A model generated the notes under the pieces. It saw only the letters and a list, made by a program, of their open reading frames with translations. It was not told where the DNA came from and did not search any database. The translations under genes and the position numbers were made by a program. DNA of 64,000 bases, from positions 335,626 to 399,625 of the forward strand of contig NW_005434646.1 of NCBI RefSeq assembly GCF_000315625.1, read 5' to 3'. The first letter of the stretch is position 1; every line of letters starts with the position of its first letter. Of this stretch, positions 24,192 through 37,863 are shown piece by piece. The stretch comes from Guillardia theta CCMP2712 (lineage: Eukaryota > Protista > Cryptophyta).

Positions 24192-25551
24192 ATGCCTACC
24201 ATGGCAGAGGACGGAGGAGGAGCAGGAGGATCAGGAGGATCAGGAGCAGGAGGATCTCCGATTCCCCTCCGCTGATTTCCTGCCATGCAGTCTAAAGTTG
24301 TTCTGGTGTCGTCTCTGATTGCCTCGAATGCACTTGGTTGCCCTTGACTTATGAGATGCGGTGGGAAAGATAGAGTCATCAGCAGCATCTACTGGGCAAC
24401 TTAAACTCATCTGCTGCTCATTTCGATTCACAGCGATACTTGTGTAAGGATATGGTATCATAAGAATGCTCTATATGGCGCTTCGTTGGTCTTGCTTCAA
24501 AAGCAAGTTGGGAATGCACCTGCATCGAGAAACACTCGGAGGCCCTCGATAACTTGTGTGCGGAAAGAATCAGGTCAATGTCGCAGTCCAACGGTGTCAC
24601 TCCTGCCGAAGCACAAGAAAAGCAGAAATGGGTGAAGTCGCCCATCGTCATCAAGCCAGGAGCGAAGTTTGAACCTTCGGTCAGCTCGGCAGAGGTGTTG
24701 CACCCTGACATTGACGATGGAAGGCAAACCCCCGACCCATCAGTTGAGATCAGAAATTGTGCGTTGTCAACTGCCAGATTGAACTATTCCTTATGGCTGG
24801 ATGGAGTCCTGTATATCAACGGAATGCATAACATGGATACTTTCATCGACCTTGAAAAGCATCATGGAACATCGCTGAAAGAAGCGGGAGTGAAGATATG
24901 TGAATGTTCAGGTTTTGTGGATGGCGATGGTTTCAACGTTTACGTCCCAACGGTGCATCTCATCTTTGATCACTACTGAGACAGTCTGCTCTGACTTTCA
25001 TCCGTCAGGTCAAGTGGATGTTTGTAGAATTCTGTGAGCGCGTTAGGATAATTCTGGATGAAGCCATAGATTTTGTTCATGTGGAAAACTCCAAGTTCAT
25101 AGAGGAAAGGATTCACTTGTTTTTCCACAGCTTCTGATACATTCTGTTACAGATTATTCTTGGAAAACAGGCTTCTTCTAAGATTTCCTTGCTGGGCACT
25201 GCCAACTGTACAATAGTGTTGGAGAAGCAAGGTGTAGATGTAAAGGTTTGTGCTGCAGGAGGAACGTTTGACGTGAATGAGAGACTTTCTGTGATGCAGA
25301 TCGAGGCGATAGCATCCGAGTATGTGAACATCCTGCAAATCGACTCGCGCAAGACGCAGAGCTCGAGCAACTCACAAGATGTTGGAATAACAAAAGTTCG
25401 CTCCTGTTCTCCTGATTTTGCTGCAGGCAAGCAGCAACGCGTATCGCATGGTGCAGAGTATGCTGAATAACAAGATCTCCGAGTGTGATTTGCTTCCTGA
25501 CCAAATTATCACCAAGGTTCAGGAAACTTGTCGAGTTCATACGTGTGATTA
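24192..25551 (+). CDS. Hypothetical multi-exon protein (possibly degenerate)
   Basis: Protein-like ORFs 24554-24979 and 25189-25470 with plausible introns. Stops in the 5' part; no family recognised. Confidence 0.35.
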
Positions 25552-25838
25552 GACTTTACAGATTAGTCAAGGGACTTTCATGACTTCTTGCAGTTTTGAT
25601 GGTATTTGGATAGTTGGTGAGTTGATTCTATTGATTTTCAATCAGAGGAGCGGAATGATATGCTGCTTATGGAAAAATATCCTCCATACCTCCCCATTGA
25701 AAAAGTACTTTGTTTCTTATATTGGGAATTCGCTTTTTGACTTGTATTTCCTTCAACTTGTGTCTCAATCATTCTAGCAGGAGCAGAACGAGCGTGGAGG
25801 TAACTAACCCGCATCACTTCCCTTCTTCTTACCTGTGC

Positions 25839-28800
25839 ATGACAGAGGAGCTCATTGGCGTCGGTCTTGGCCTCCGAGCTCAAGAGAGCATGGAATCAGG
25901 TTGGAGCCCTCGAGGGCAAGACTGGCAGACTTATCCTCGCCCAGGCCCTTTTATCGTTGGCGACATCGTAGCTGAGAGTGCAGCAGCACGGGAAGGGACT
26001 ATCGAGGTCGGCGACGTCCTCGTTTCAATCGACTCCATCCTCGTCCTCCATATGTCGATGCAGCAGGTCCTCGACCTGCTTCGCGGACCTCTCGGCTCAA
26101 CCGTCGTGCTCGTTGTCCTCAAGCCCGAGTCGCAGCGGGAGCTTCGCGTGCATCTTCAGAGGACAGGACTTCGTCACACCCAGTCATCTCACGCATCTGC
26201 TCCGGAGGTTGTCCGGAGCAACGACTTGCCAACCAGGTCAAGGAGGAGGAGGAGGAGGAGGAGGAGAGGATGGGGCCTTTTTCTGTCCTCATCCTTGCTG
26301 CTGCAGGGCGGAAGACGAGCGACTCTTTTACACGCGGTCGGAGAGCAGCAGGAGACCGACAGGAACTTTCGAGAAGTACATCGACCTGACGACTCAGCTG
26401 GGCTTCTCCCTGCGGCTGGGGATTGACGGGATTTACTTTGTCGGAGGGATCGCCGACGCCTCTCTCATCCAAGGGGACCTGCAAGTTGGTGACATCCTTC
26501 ACTCCATTGACGGCCTGCCTGTGACCTCGAGGCCTTTCAACGTCATCAGCTCCTTGCTCGAGCCCAGCAAGCAGTCCAGGAAGATTCTTGCCCTGCTGGG
26601 ATCGAGAAGGGAAAAGGCGATGCTCTTCCACGGGCTGAATGAGTTCTCCTCCTGGAAGGCTGTCATCATCGACCCAGTCCGCTGCGAGCGACGGAAGAAG
26701 TCGAGCGCAGACATTCTCATCGATGTAGCAACAGAGGAGGAGTGTCAGATTCACCTCTCCCTGCATCCGAGCAGCTTCTCGCGGCCCATCAACGACGACG
26801 AGCACAAGAAGAGTGTCCTGCACTCGATGCTGATCAACGAGGTCTCGAGGCTCCTGCAATCTTCTGCCATCCGTGTCTCTGTGCTGGAGCTTCTTCCCGA
26901 GGCAAGAACAGCAGCAGTTGAGCTGCGACAGCCGATACAGGAGGGAGAGAGCCCGATTGAGGTGGTAGCAGAGAGGCTGGTCACGGCGATCAACACTCGT
27001 ACCACCCCTCCCTACACCTCCTCCTCCCCTCCTCCTCCACCCGAATTCTTTCTGATCTCCTCGGCCTCCTTGAGATTGCAAACAAAGAGGAGAAACTCGG
27101 CGATTTCTCAACGAGGGGTTATCACTCAGCAGAGCCCCAGCTTGGGGGAGATAGGCATGAAAGTGGCGGCTCTGATCCACAAGGCAGAGGGTCGGGAGAT
27201 TCTGTCGGACGACCTGCAGGAGGTGAGCAAGTCGCTGTTGGGTGTTGGGCTCGTCCTCTACTGGGACGAGTTATCTTCTCTTCCTCGCGTCGACGATTTC
27301 TATCCTACTGTCCCGCTGCTTGGCAAGGAGTTTCTGCAGGAGAACGACTTCATCCTTGCTGTGGATGGGAACAGCACGAGGGGGGAGGGGCTAGCGCGTG
27401 TGATGATGTGGATTGCTGGGGAAGAGAGGCGGCGCGTGGAGTTGCAGGTGGTGCGAGGAGAGAGCTTCTGCTGCACGACGAGACGAGCGAGGAGGGAGTG
27501 GACGTTGGCTGTGATGAGGGGATCGGGAGAAGTCATTGAAGTGATGGAGGACATCGCGGTGGAGGCCAAAGGGAACGACGTTGGGATGATGAAGGAAGAA
27601 ACGATGCGAGGCGAAGAGGAGGTGTCCTCGAAAAAAGTGATGATGAATGGAGACTTTCACACTGCACCTGAGCGAGTGCTGGCGAATGGAGGAGGGAATG
27701 GAAGGGTCGAGATTGAAGAAATCAAAGGCGAAGGGGAATACACGGAAGCAAGTGGTGGCGACGATAAGCAGCATGACGACAGCAGCAAGTTCGAGCAAGT
27801 GGGACCAGTGACCATGGTGAGAACATCCCACAAACGCCTTCCTTGCTTCTCTTCTGATTTTCTTCTCAAGACGATCGATGGACTTCAGGCCGATGAATTT
27901 ATCCAAGAAATTCCCGAGGATCCAATTCTGCCAGAGAATCCAGTCAAGCAGGAGAAGGAACAACCTGTCTTCAACCATCCTCCCCCGGTTCTCAGTGAGT
28001 CTCGAGGAGGACGAGGAGTGGCGAGCGAGTGGGGCGATAAGGGTGTGGGTCTTATGCCTTCCTCCAGACATCTACGTGCGGAGATTGACGATCCAAGTCC
28101 TGAGAGCCTCGGACATCTACCACACTCAACTGCCCAAGAAAGTGGTAGGGAGGGGGGGGGGGAGTCAGGAGGGAGCAGCGGCAGCTGACAAGACTGCAGG
28201 CCTGCAAGCTCAAGTTTGTCCACCCCCTCTACGAGCCGCACGAGCTGAAGAGCCTCGACGGGGTTCACGAAAACACAGAGATTTACTTCACTTCCCGCCC
28301 GGTCGTCGTCGATCTCGCCCAGTACATGGTGGCTTCCCCCGCTAGTCTATTGTTCCTCTCCTCACCCGCTATTGCCCTCCCCTCCCCCCCTTCCCCTCCC
28401 CTCCCCCCCTTCCCCTCCCTTGCTTCCCTTCCCCTCCCTTGCTTCCCTTGTTCACTCCTATCCTCGTCACTCATCATTCTTCCTTCCTCTTGCCTTCCCT
28501 GCCTCATTTCACCGATCGCTCCAGATCGACCGCGTTCAGCTGCACGTGAGCTTGTGGGAGGAATATGCCCCGGGGAAGCAAGCCTGCGGTAAGGGAGAGG
28601 AATCAAACTTTGAGAGAGGCGAGCGAGATGAGAACTCACTCTCTGACTGTCAAGATGGTTTATCAGAGTTTCTCGGGGAAGTCTTCCTGGATGTCTTTCG
28701 ACTTGATAAGGTGAGATTCTATCAATCTGTTTCGACGTCATGTATGATGTTGTTGACAGATAAACGACTCGATCTTCGAGCACTTTCAGCTGCAGGTCTT

Positions 28801-29116
28801 CAAATCTTCTTCCCTCCATCTTCTTCTCTACCCCTCAACTCCACTGGCTGCCCCTCTATCTATCTTTCCTCCTCTTCCTCCTCTCCTCCTACTAACCACT
28901 GACCGCTCACTGTCAGCAGGGAAACAACAAGACAACCAAGAAGATCCAGGTGCCTGCAAACCCCCCCCGCTCCCCCTCTAGACTCCCTTGTCCTCCAAAG
29001 CTCGTCACTAATATCCTCCTCCTTGCTCGTCCTCCTGTTCCCCCTCCTCTCGCACCCTCACTCACTCTGCACAGGGAAAGGTTTTCATCGGTCTGCAGTT
29101 TTCCCAAAAGACGTGA
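25839..29116 (+). CDS. Multi-PDZ (three PDZ-like) protein with possible C-terminal C2-like domain
   Basis: GVGLGL...GDVLVSID...LLRGPLGSTV, LGFSL...VGDILHSIDG and GVGLVL...ILAVDG. Intron 26237-26306 joins the two long ORFs. C-terminal exons read VSLWEE...FLGEVFLD. Confidence 0.75.
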
Positions 29117-29205
29117 TTGAATGAGGATGTATATACAAGTTAGCCATGTGATATTTCAAGTAAAGGTTATCTGCTCCTCCTTTACATCTCCCTCTTCTCT
29201 CTGCC

Positions 29206-32164
29206 TCATCTCCGGCCTCGTCGCGTTCGAGTTGCTGCTGGGGTCTGCACCATGATCTGACCGTTGCGAATCTCCTGCACCTTCAAGTCACTCCTGCCCC
29301 TCCCCTCTTCCCTCGTTCGCTACTGTCCGACCACCATGGCAACTTTTTCTTTCGCTTTCCCCCCGCCCCTTTCACTTCTGGCTCCCTCTGGCTGACCTCG
29401 CTCGACTCGCTCTCCTCGACGGATCGCTGAGCTTCGAGGTAGAACATGAGATCGCGTACCTGCGAGGCAGTATTGAGGAGAGGGATGAGGAGAGAGATGA
29501 AGAGGTGAGAGGAGGGACGAGGAGAGAAAGGAGGAGGGACAAGGAGAGAAAGGAGGAGGGACAAGGAGACTGACCTGCTCCTTGAGGTCTTTGATCTCTT
29601 CATCTTTCAATGCAGCTGCTGCAAGTTGCTCGTTGAGAGCCTGACGACAAAAAGTCAAAGGGAGAAGAAAAGTGGGAGAGAGAAGGAGTGGCAGAGGGGA
29701 CAGAAAGATGAAAGATGGCGGTTTGGGAGAGGTGCAGAAGCAAGGAGGTGGTAGGAAGCAAAGACGAGGTAACAAGGGGAGGAAGGTTTACCTTCTGATT
29801 TGATGTGAGCGACTCGTTGAGCTGCTTGTGAAATTCTGCGTCTTCCCACGCCTTCTTCAACCTTGAGAAGTTCAGTAGTGGACGGCGGAGAGTCAGCAAG
29901 GGAGGATACCGCTCGGACATGAGGGTGATTTTCTTCTCGTCAGCTTTCTTCTCCTTGCTCCTCTTCTCGCTCTCCTCCCGCTCCTGCAACACCGGCAGGT
30001 CAAAAGGCAGGCAGAGACGATGCTGCCGACTTCTCGTAGCTCCTTCTCCTTGCTTGCGAGCGCCTGGCAGGCAACAGAGGATTAGCTCTGGCATGTGACT
30101 GGCAGGCAGACCATGGATGTAGCATGTAACTGACTCTCGTACTGATCCTTCAGCTCCTGCAGCTTTCCTAGTGGAAAACCATCATCCCAACAGGCACCTC
30201 ACCTCGCGTCACCTTCATAGTAGGATCGCTGTGAGTCGAGTGTCCTCATCAGCATCTCGTTGTACTCCATGAATACATGATCGAGCTTCGAGGCCATCCG
30301 CGCTTCCTTCACAACCTCCTTATCAGCATCTTCCTTCTCAAAAGTGATCCCCTTCCCTCCCCTTCCCCACGCCGTCTCCTTCCTTTCACCACAATCCCCA
30401 GAGCATCCTCTGCTCCGTTGTCCCTTCCTCTTCTCTGCATCGCTCTCGCAGCCCTCACCTCAAGTTTCTCATCATGTTCATGGCTTGCATGTCCCCGCAT
30501 CCCTCCTCCCTCCGGCAGCTCCACAAGTTTCCCATCCACCTTGTTCGCGACCAGCCGGTGCACGTAGTTGTCGCCCGAGTAGTCCCACACCCTCTGCGTG
30601 ACCAGCTCGATCGAGAACGTGTGACTCGTCTCCTTGTAGTGCTCAAGCGCGTGCTGACCCGCGTACCTCCCGCAACCCACGTAACCGCAGATGAGGCACA
30701 TCCACAGATCGTCCGCAGCCCCACACAGCAGGCAGGTCATCCCTGCTCCATGCTCACTCTCGCTCCTCCCTCCTGTCCTCTAATGCTGCATTCTCACCCG
30801 ATTGGCTCTCGGGTAGCTGACAGTATCGACAGACCTGCATGTTTGTCAGGTGGCTGTGGGGAAGCTGCAAGGGGCGTACAGGGCATGACGAGTCCGGCCA
30901 ATCGGACAAGCATCTGTGCACAAGTTTAGGAGAGCAGCAGGAGCAAGAAAGATTCAACTTCACCTGCAATGAAAGGAATGGTTGCAGATGGTTGTCATGA
31001 TCCCTGTCACAGACGTGTCGAGTCGTTCCAGGCAAACCTGAGAGATGAGGAACCAACGAGTGCGGGTGTCGAGCATGTAGAGAAAGAGAGAAGCAGCCAA
31101 CCAGAAAGAGGAGAAAGAGCTTCATGTCATGTTTCATAGTCACACCCATGACAACTTCACCGGGCACGAGGGAAGTTCAGTCTGTCCTTCTGCTGGAAAA
31201 CTCAAGTCCTGCTCCAACCATCACCACAGAGCACCAAGGCTCATCGCTCACAAGACAGCCTCCCTCCACCCCATTCACCTTGTCGGTCCCACGAGCCGAA
31301 GGAGCGGCACTATGAAACTTGGCAGCGGGGTCTTGCTCCAAGAAGACGATCTCTTGCACGAACAGCACGATACATCGCTCCGTGTCCATGGAACTACGAC
31401 CATGTCATAACCCTGATGACATGTTGCAAGGCGTCAACCTGTACGGCTTCCCGTTGAACTCGATGTACATGGCATCTGCACTGTTGATGAAAGAAAGTGA
31501 TGAGCACAAGATTGCGTCACATCGACATGGCATGCCTTCGCTGGCTGTCGAAGTCCATCAAGACGATGTACCTTGCTCGTGAATCGTCATGCACAATGCG
31601 CATGTGAAGTATGTTCTCCATGAGAGGGCCCAAGAATCGGCAAAAGTCTGCTATTGTCATGAACATGGGGACAGCTAAGATGCAAAGCTGCGTGTTTCTT
31701 TCTCTTGACAAGCTCCCATCAACATTGCTCTTGCAAATACGGACCTTGCAGTAAATGAGCCCACAGCATGTTGCAAGCATCGTCACCTGGCCCTTGTACT
31801 GCTGCACAGAAGGATTTCCTGTAAGAAAAACAAGTTGCTCTTGACCATTCGAGTTCACAAAACTTGTATGATCTGACTGAATCTCGTCCAAACGTTCAAA
31901 TCCAATTGTATACACCGATGGATCCTTGGGAAGCGCAGAGCTATACTCCTCAGGAGACAGGGAGTGCGGTGTAATGAAGGAGCGGCCTTTGTTGACCCTC
32001 TTGTCGTCTCCCTCGTGACCTGCATGCTCCGCGCGTGTCTTTGCATCCCCTGCCCTCTCTTTTGCGTGGGGCAAACTAGCTGCTGTCCCAGGAAAATTTC
32101 CATCTTCCGATTCTTGCGTGATGGATCCGACATGGGGGGCAGTACTATCCTCTTCAATGGCCAT
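29206..32164 (-). CDS. BRAP: BRCA1-associated protein (BRAP2/IMP/ETP1) RING + UBP zinc-finger E3 ligase, many exons
   Basis: [15 protein letters not shown]2 domain, [15 protein letters not shown]...HYKETSH...[15 protein letters not shown], and [10 protein letters not shown] coiled tail. Confidence 0.93.
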
Positions 32165-33783
32165 GTCACGTCGCTTACCTCCGCCCACTTTTCCCTCCTC
32201 TCCCTCCTCTCCCTCCCTCCCTCCTCCTCGACGACAAGCATCTACTTGCCGCAGCGCTGCCGACATTTGCAAGCAAGCGAAAGTTTGCAGATCTCTTCTC
32301 ATTAATAATACTTTTGAAAGTTCAAAGTTACTGGCCCCCGCGGCGCAGCACAGCCCGGGTGCAGTTCAGGCCCGGGTTCAAGGGAACTTGCCGTACGGTA
32401 GTACGGTAGTCCGACTGTAGTCACTCGGAGCCTCGGAGCGTGCGAGGCGACGGAGTGGGAGTCGGAGACGGCGGCGGCCCACACAGTGACGCACGGTCAC
32501 GGTGACCCCCGCGGCACCGGTCCGTCGGAGCCGCCGGGGCCGCGCCCGGCCGCGGCGGGCGCCGGCCGGGGTGCGCCCGGCCGCGGGCGGCCTCCCGCCA
32601 GTCAGCTACTGGCACCGTCTCAGGCTTTGGGATGACGAGTCAGCAGACAGGCTAGCAGAGGCAGCCCCCGGCGGCCTCAGATGAGGCGGCCTCAGATGAG
32701 CCGCTCGCCGGGGCCGGATACTCGGTCCGGCCTGGCCCTCGGTCGCCGGGAGCCGGCCGGGCCGCTGCCGGGAACTTCGGCCGCCGGGCCGGGCCTTACG
32801 GTAGAGCTGCCGGGCGGCCACACACCGTCGTGGCCTGGGCACTGAACGGCGCCGCGGTACTGGCCGCGGCCTCCGTTTTCAGGACATTCTGAGGTGAACC
32901 CGATCCGAAGGCACACAGCCTCGGTTAAAGTACCCCACCCTCCTTACGCCTGATGACAGTCAAACAAACTATTTACTACTGTGAGGAGCAAAAACGATTG
33001 ACCCTACCCTACCCCTAAGTCAATCCCACCCCCCTCCTCCAGGTTCCCAACTCCGAAGGGTTCTGTAACCTCACAAGCAAGGGAAGTCAAACCGCATCTC
33101 CTTGCAATGGGGGGTGGGGGTGGGTCCAAGTTGTTTTTTGTGGTGGTGAATGTTCAAGGGTAGGGTAGTAGTAGGTGATTCCTTGTAAGGATTTGGGAGG
33201 GGGGCGGTAGGGTAGACCCCAAGGGGGTAGGGGTGTATAAAAGAGGTCGTCAGGGCATCTAATTCAGACTTGACCAAGGGTGGGGTGAGAAAGTAGTCTT
33301 GATAGATGGTAGGGGTGGATGAAAAGTGCTGACTGGGGGTAGGGGTTCCAAGGTCAGATATCAAGTTATGGCTGTTAGCATATGCTTCATGTTGTTCTTG
33401 CCTGTGCGATGCTCGCGATGTATTTCTCCTGCTTCTTCACCTCGTAAGCTGAAACTGATAACCTTATCTTGTCAAGATCTGTTCTGCTGACTCTGTCTTT
33501 TCTGTGCTGCTGCCTCAGTTTTAGAGTTAACAGTGGATGATAATCTTGAGTAAGAAATCACTCGGTTTGGTTCGACCCGCCTATTGTCGAAGCAGAATCT
33601 GTTCCAGAGTAGTAATTCTTTGTCTCACTCATTGTCCATTTCTCATGATTTATCGAAACGGTTTGTTGATTTTTCTGTTTACAGGTGGTATTGCAAACTT
33701 TCAACTCTGAGTGGATACAGACATGCCTGTTCTCTTGACAACTTGTAGTGGGCTGCTTTGTCATCGTGTAGATTCAGCATAAC

Positions 33784-36700
33784 ATGAATCCTCCAAGCAT
33801 TTCATCTTGGAATTCACCTGACGGCATTGATAATGATACAAGGGCATCGATGCCAGTAACCTTGAGACATCCAAGGATGCAGCTGAAGCCTTTGCCGTCG
33901 CCTGCATTTCTGAATGTCAAGCAAGAGAATCGCCTCAGTATTTCATCCGGCCTTCCAGGGCAGATCAGCGATGTAGCGAAACTTCAAAATCCATCCAGTC
34001 TTGCTGCAGAGAGCTACTCGTCTGTCAACGAATCAGCGGAATATGTGGACGAGACACAGTTTGTAGACTCGAAACTGCATGGCCGACTAGCATCCATCAT
34101 GTCGAATGACGACAGAAGAACGTCTTCTGTTCACAGCGACACATCGCAGCAAAGCACTTTCGGGCCGGCGGGTACGAGGAGGCCTTCTCTCGAATCGTTG
34201 CCTGAAGCTGAGCGAACGGAAAGCTTGTCTTCAAAGGTGGCGAAGTTCACAGGAGGAAATCTTCCCGACTTCTCAGCGTCTCAATTTCTCTTTGATGTAA
34301 GGACAGATCATTCACACGTCTCTCTCTGACTTTCTTGCTGCTCAGAGCCGAAAAGAAAAAGTTGCAGCTCGATGGTCGACCGCCAGCTGGTATGCATCAC
34401 AAGAGGCGAGCAGGTTGAGGGATGAGAAGACTATGACTTTTCAATCGAGCTTTGAGAACAAACGATTTCAGCAATCTAGCAGCAGTTTCGCGGAGTCAAG
34501 GAAAGCGCTATCAGTGAAGAGCTCCGCCAGCAATCGCTCTCTCAGAGTGGTGGAACCAGAGCCAACACCGCTTTGCAGATCCCCATCAGATCCTGATCTT
34601 AATGCGCCACCTGAAAAGCTGACCAAGAACTTTGTTTCCTTCGCCAAAAAAGAAGACTTGCCCAAGTTGATTCCTGTCGAAACGAAAAGCTTGCACCATT
34701 GTTTTCGATCAAACAGACTACAAACACTTTGTGAGAGAATCTCAAGATCCTGGATGTACGTTATCTTTGACACGCTGGCTGCATACTATATCCTTTTTGC
34801 GATTGACATTGGTTTCCTTTGCGGCTTGCATGTGGTGGATTACACCTACTTGTATGGTGTCAACTTCGTATTCTTCTTGATTTATTTGATGAAGCTTCTT
34901 GTCGACATTTTCGTAGGAAGCATCAACTTTTGCCTGTACAGATTTGCGTTAGACTTATTTCTTATCATCTCCATCCTCCCAGACTTTGTTTGGTTCATTC
35001 TCAAGATTTCGCTCAAGGATGTTCTCTATTGGAGCGATTTACAAGCAAATTTTGTCTGTCTGAGAGTGGTTCGAATACTGAAGGCAGTCTTTGTTTCTGG
35101 TCGGATCTTGAAAAATCTCAATCAAAATTCTTTAGGGGAGTACACAAACAGCTCGATGCAAAGCAACCTTTACCAGAGGATGAAGAAGTACATCTTCTTT
35201 TGTACCATCCTGGTCGTCTTGGTGTCCCTTGGAGGAACTTTAATGCGATCTCCTTACGATTTGGAAGGGATAAGTCTAGAGCCTCCCATGAAACTTCTAC
35301 TTGCAACTTTCACGACAAACCGGCCGGCAGCAGAATCACTGATCAAGCAATTTGTGTCAGACATGACAAAGCAGAATCTCAACCTGATGTATTTTGATCT
35401 TGGGAACAATTACACTTGGGGTTCCCCTCTGTCAGACAGCGACCTCGGATTATTTCCCAAGAAGTTCGTGGAATTCAATTTCACCTTTGACTATCAGGGT
35501 TTGCCTGCGAGGGTGTTGGTGCAGATGGATGTGAGCCTTGTGACACAGGGTGAAGCGCTTTTCCGCTTCATTTCATCGTTAGGGTTCTTCATCATCTTGC
35601 TGGTCATGCTGCTCAGTCTTATCTCTCTGGTGCGAAGTCAAGTGGTAGCTCCTGTCATGTCCAGTATAGAAAAGCTCAATGAGATCGCAAAAGATCCCCT
35701 CACGCCTCTGCGAGATGAGACGAAGAAGAGCAAATTCTTGGAATTGGTCAAGATTGAAAGTGCCTTGATCAAGTTCGGGATGCTCCTGCAAGTCGCCTTC
35801 GGAGAGGCAGGGTCTGATATCATTCGTGAGTGCATCACCAAGGATGGGCTGAACTACAACAAGCCTGGCAAAGTCGTGCAGGCTTTCTACGGATTCTGTG
35901 ACATCAGAAGGTTCACCGACCTGACAGAGATCATGCAAGCCGATGTCGTGAAGCTAGTCAACAAGATTGCTCATCGCGTCCACTCAGCTGCATTGGAGAA
36001 TTTCGGGGCTCCGAACAAGAACATCGGCGACGCTTTCCTGGTAAAATGATTTTGTGCTATTGATTTGCCTTGACGCAAAATGCTTGACCCCAGCTGATAT
36101 GGAAACCAAAAGGCCAAGTGGCGATCAGCACAGTTGCCGACTCGGCACTCAGGACATACATCCGCATCATTCTGGAGAACTACAGCGACCCTTACCTACG
36201 GCAGGTCGCAAAGAGCGAAGCTGTCCAGCAGCGTGTCCCCGGCTACTCGAACTGGCTTGGTTTTGGCCTGCACTACGGATGGTGAGTGAGCTAGACACTG
36301 GCCTTTCATCAGAAGTGACGCTGTGAACGAGCCAGGTCGGTAGAGAGCAGTATAGGAAGCAAACACAAGATCGACATCTCCTACTTGTCTCCACATGTCA
36401 ACTTGGCTGCAAGGCTCGAATCGGCGACCAAGCAGTACAAGACGGAAATTCTTTTGTCTGAAGACGTCGTTCGCCTCCTCAGCCCCAACGTCAGGAAGCT
36501 TTGCCGACTCATTGATCGAGTGACCGTGAAGGGGAGTGTGAAGCCTATCTTCCTCTTCACCTACGACGTTCCGGAACACGAGGCTGTCAAGACCATCACC
36601 CTGTCGCAGGAAGACTCCATCACTGACTTCTACCAGAAATTTCCTCCTCGACTTCCTCATCGCCACCTGCAGGATTTCGACGTGGCAGTCTCCAGCTACC

Positions 36701-36885
36701 TCGGCGGGGAGGACGGGAAGTTCGCCGATTGGAGGCTTGCCCGGGAGCTTCTCAAGAAATGCCTCAAAGGAGGCGAGCGTGATGGTCCAGCCGAAGCCAT
36801 TTTGAACTACATCAGGAAACACTGCGACGACTCCGGTTGCGCTCCTGCTTCTTGGACAGGTTACCGCGAGCTAGAGGAGAAGTGA
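33784..36885 (+). CDS. Class III adenylyl cyclase with N-terminal ion-channel-like TM domain and C-terminal TPR-like tail
   Basis: FGEAG..II, GFCDIRRFTD, NKNIGDAFL, GFGLHYGW and YLSPHVNLAARLESATKQY motifs. S4-like LRVVRILK..SGRILK. Confidence 0.88.
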
Positions 36886-37038
36886 GTCCCCGCAAGTAAA
36901 CACAAGAGCAGCAAGACGCTTGAGTTAGCAAGAACATTCAAATCTGATCTCTCAGTCACCTTTGCATTCATTCTTTCAACAGCTAATTTACACTTATTAA
37001 ACTCTCGAATCTCATTAGATGTTTCCTCATCCTCTCGC

Positions 37039-37683
37039 TCAAGTAATGTTCAAGCTTCCAAGGCTGAAGGTCCCAATGACTATGCAAGCCTCAATGAATG
37101 CAACTGGTGCTGAGAAGAAAGCCCAGATATACCAGAAGTTCAGGTAATGCCTGCTGGATGTGTCATTGCAAAACAACAGTTGATGGCACCGACCATGTTT
37201 CCATGATGGCCACACAAGAGTAAATGCATCCAATTGTATGAGAGATGATGACAAGGATCGTGTGCGATGGAATGAACATCGAGAACCCAAACAAGAAACC
37301 TGGGGCACCAAAATGTCACCTAACCGATCACTTTCCGTTGGAAGTTGCAAAAGACCTGCTAGATTGAAGCAAATACAAATGATATGCAAAGATAAAACCA
37401 AGTTTAGAGATGATTTGTATGAATCATAGCTTGTCTGTGAGTAGGTCGAAGGCAAAGATACGATAATGTTGTCTGCCATGGTAGAAAACACCTAAACAGG
37501 CATTCGTCACGATCAAGAATGATGACGGGCACAAGACCGTCTGCGAAGAGGGAAGAAGGAGAGGGCAGGGGGCTGGAGGAGAGAGGAAGAAGATTACTGA
37601 GATTGACGCACCATCATCACCGAAATGAGAAAGCAGATCGACGCCATGAACCTCGTCGGGATCAGCGCGTCGAAGGCCTTCAT
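37039..37683 (-). CDS. TMEM107: Ciliary transition-zone protein TMEM107
   Basis: LIPTRF...DNIIVSLP...GFLFGFSMF...H..G...FWYIWAFFSAPVAFIE mirrors recalled TMEM107 (LVPSRF, SNIQACLP, GFLSGVSMF, YWYIFVFCSALP). Confidence 0.85.
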
Positions 37684-37863
37684 GGCGCCACTCCCCTGGC
37701 GGAGCCTGTGAAATTTTAGTCAACAAATAGGTTTCAAAAACTGTCCTTGATTTCAAATTTTGCTTAAAACAGATTTCATCCTGGTCTGATCGGCAAGAGT
37801 AACCTGGCCATCTGCTAGTGTCGGAATATCTTCTTTTTCAGTCCATAAAAGAGTTCATCTTTC

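Noticed and set aside
26237-26306. Apparent programmed frameshift at the GGA run in the PDZ gene
   Set aside because: A 70-nt GT-AG intron joins the two frames cleanly (..PTR|AEDE..).
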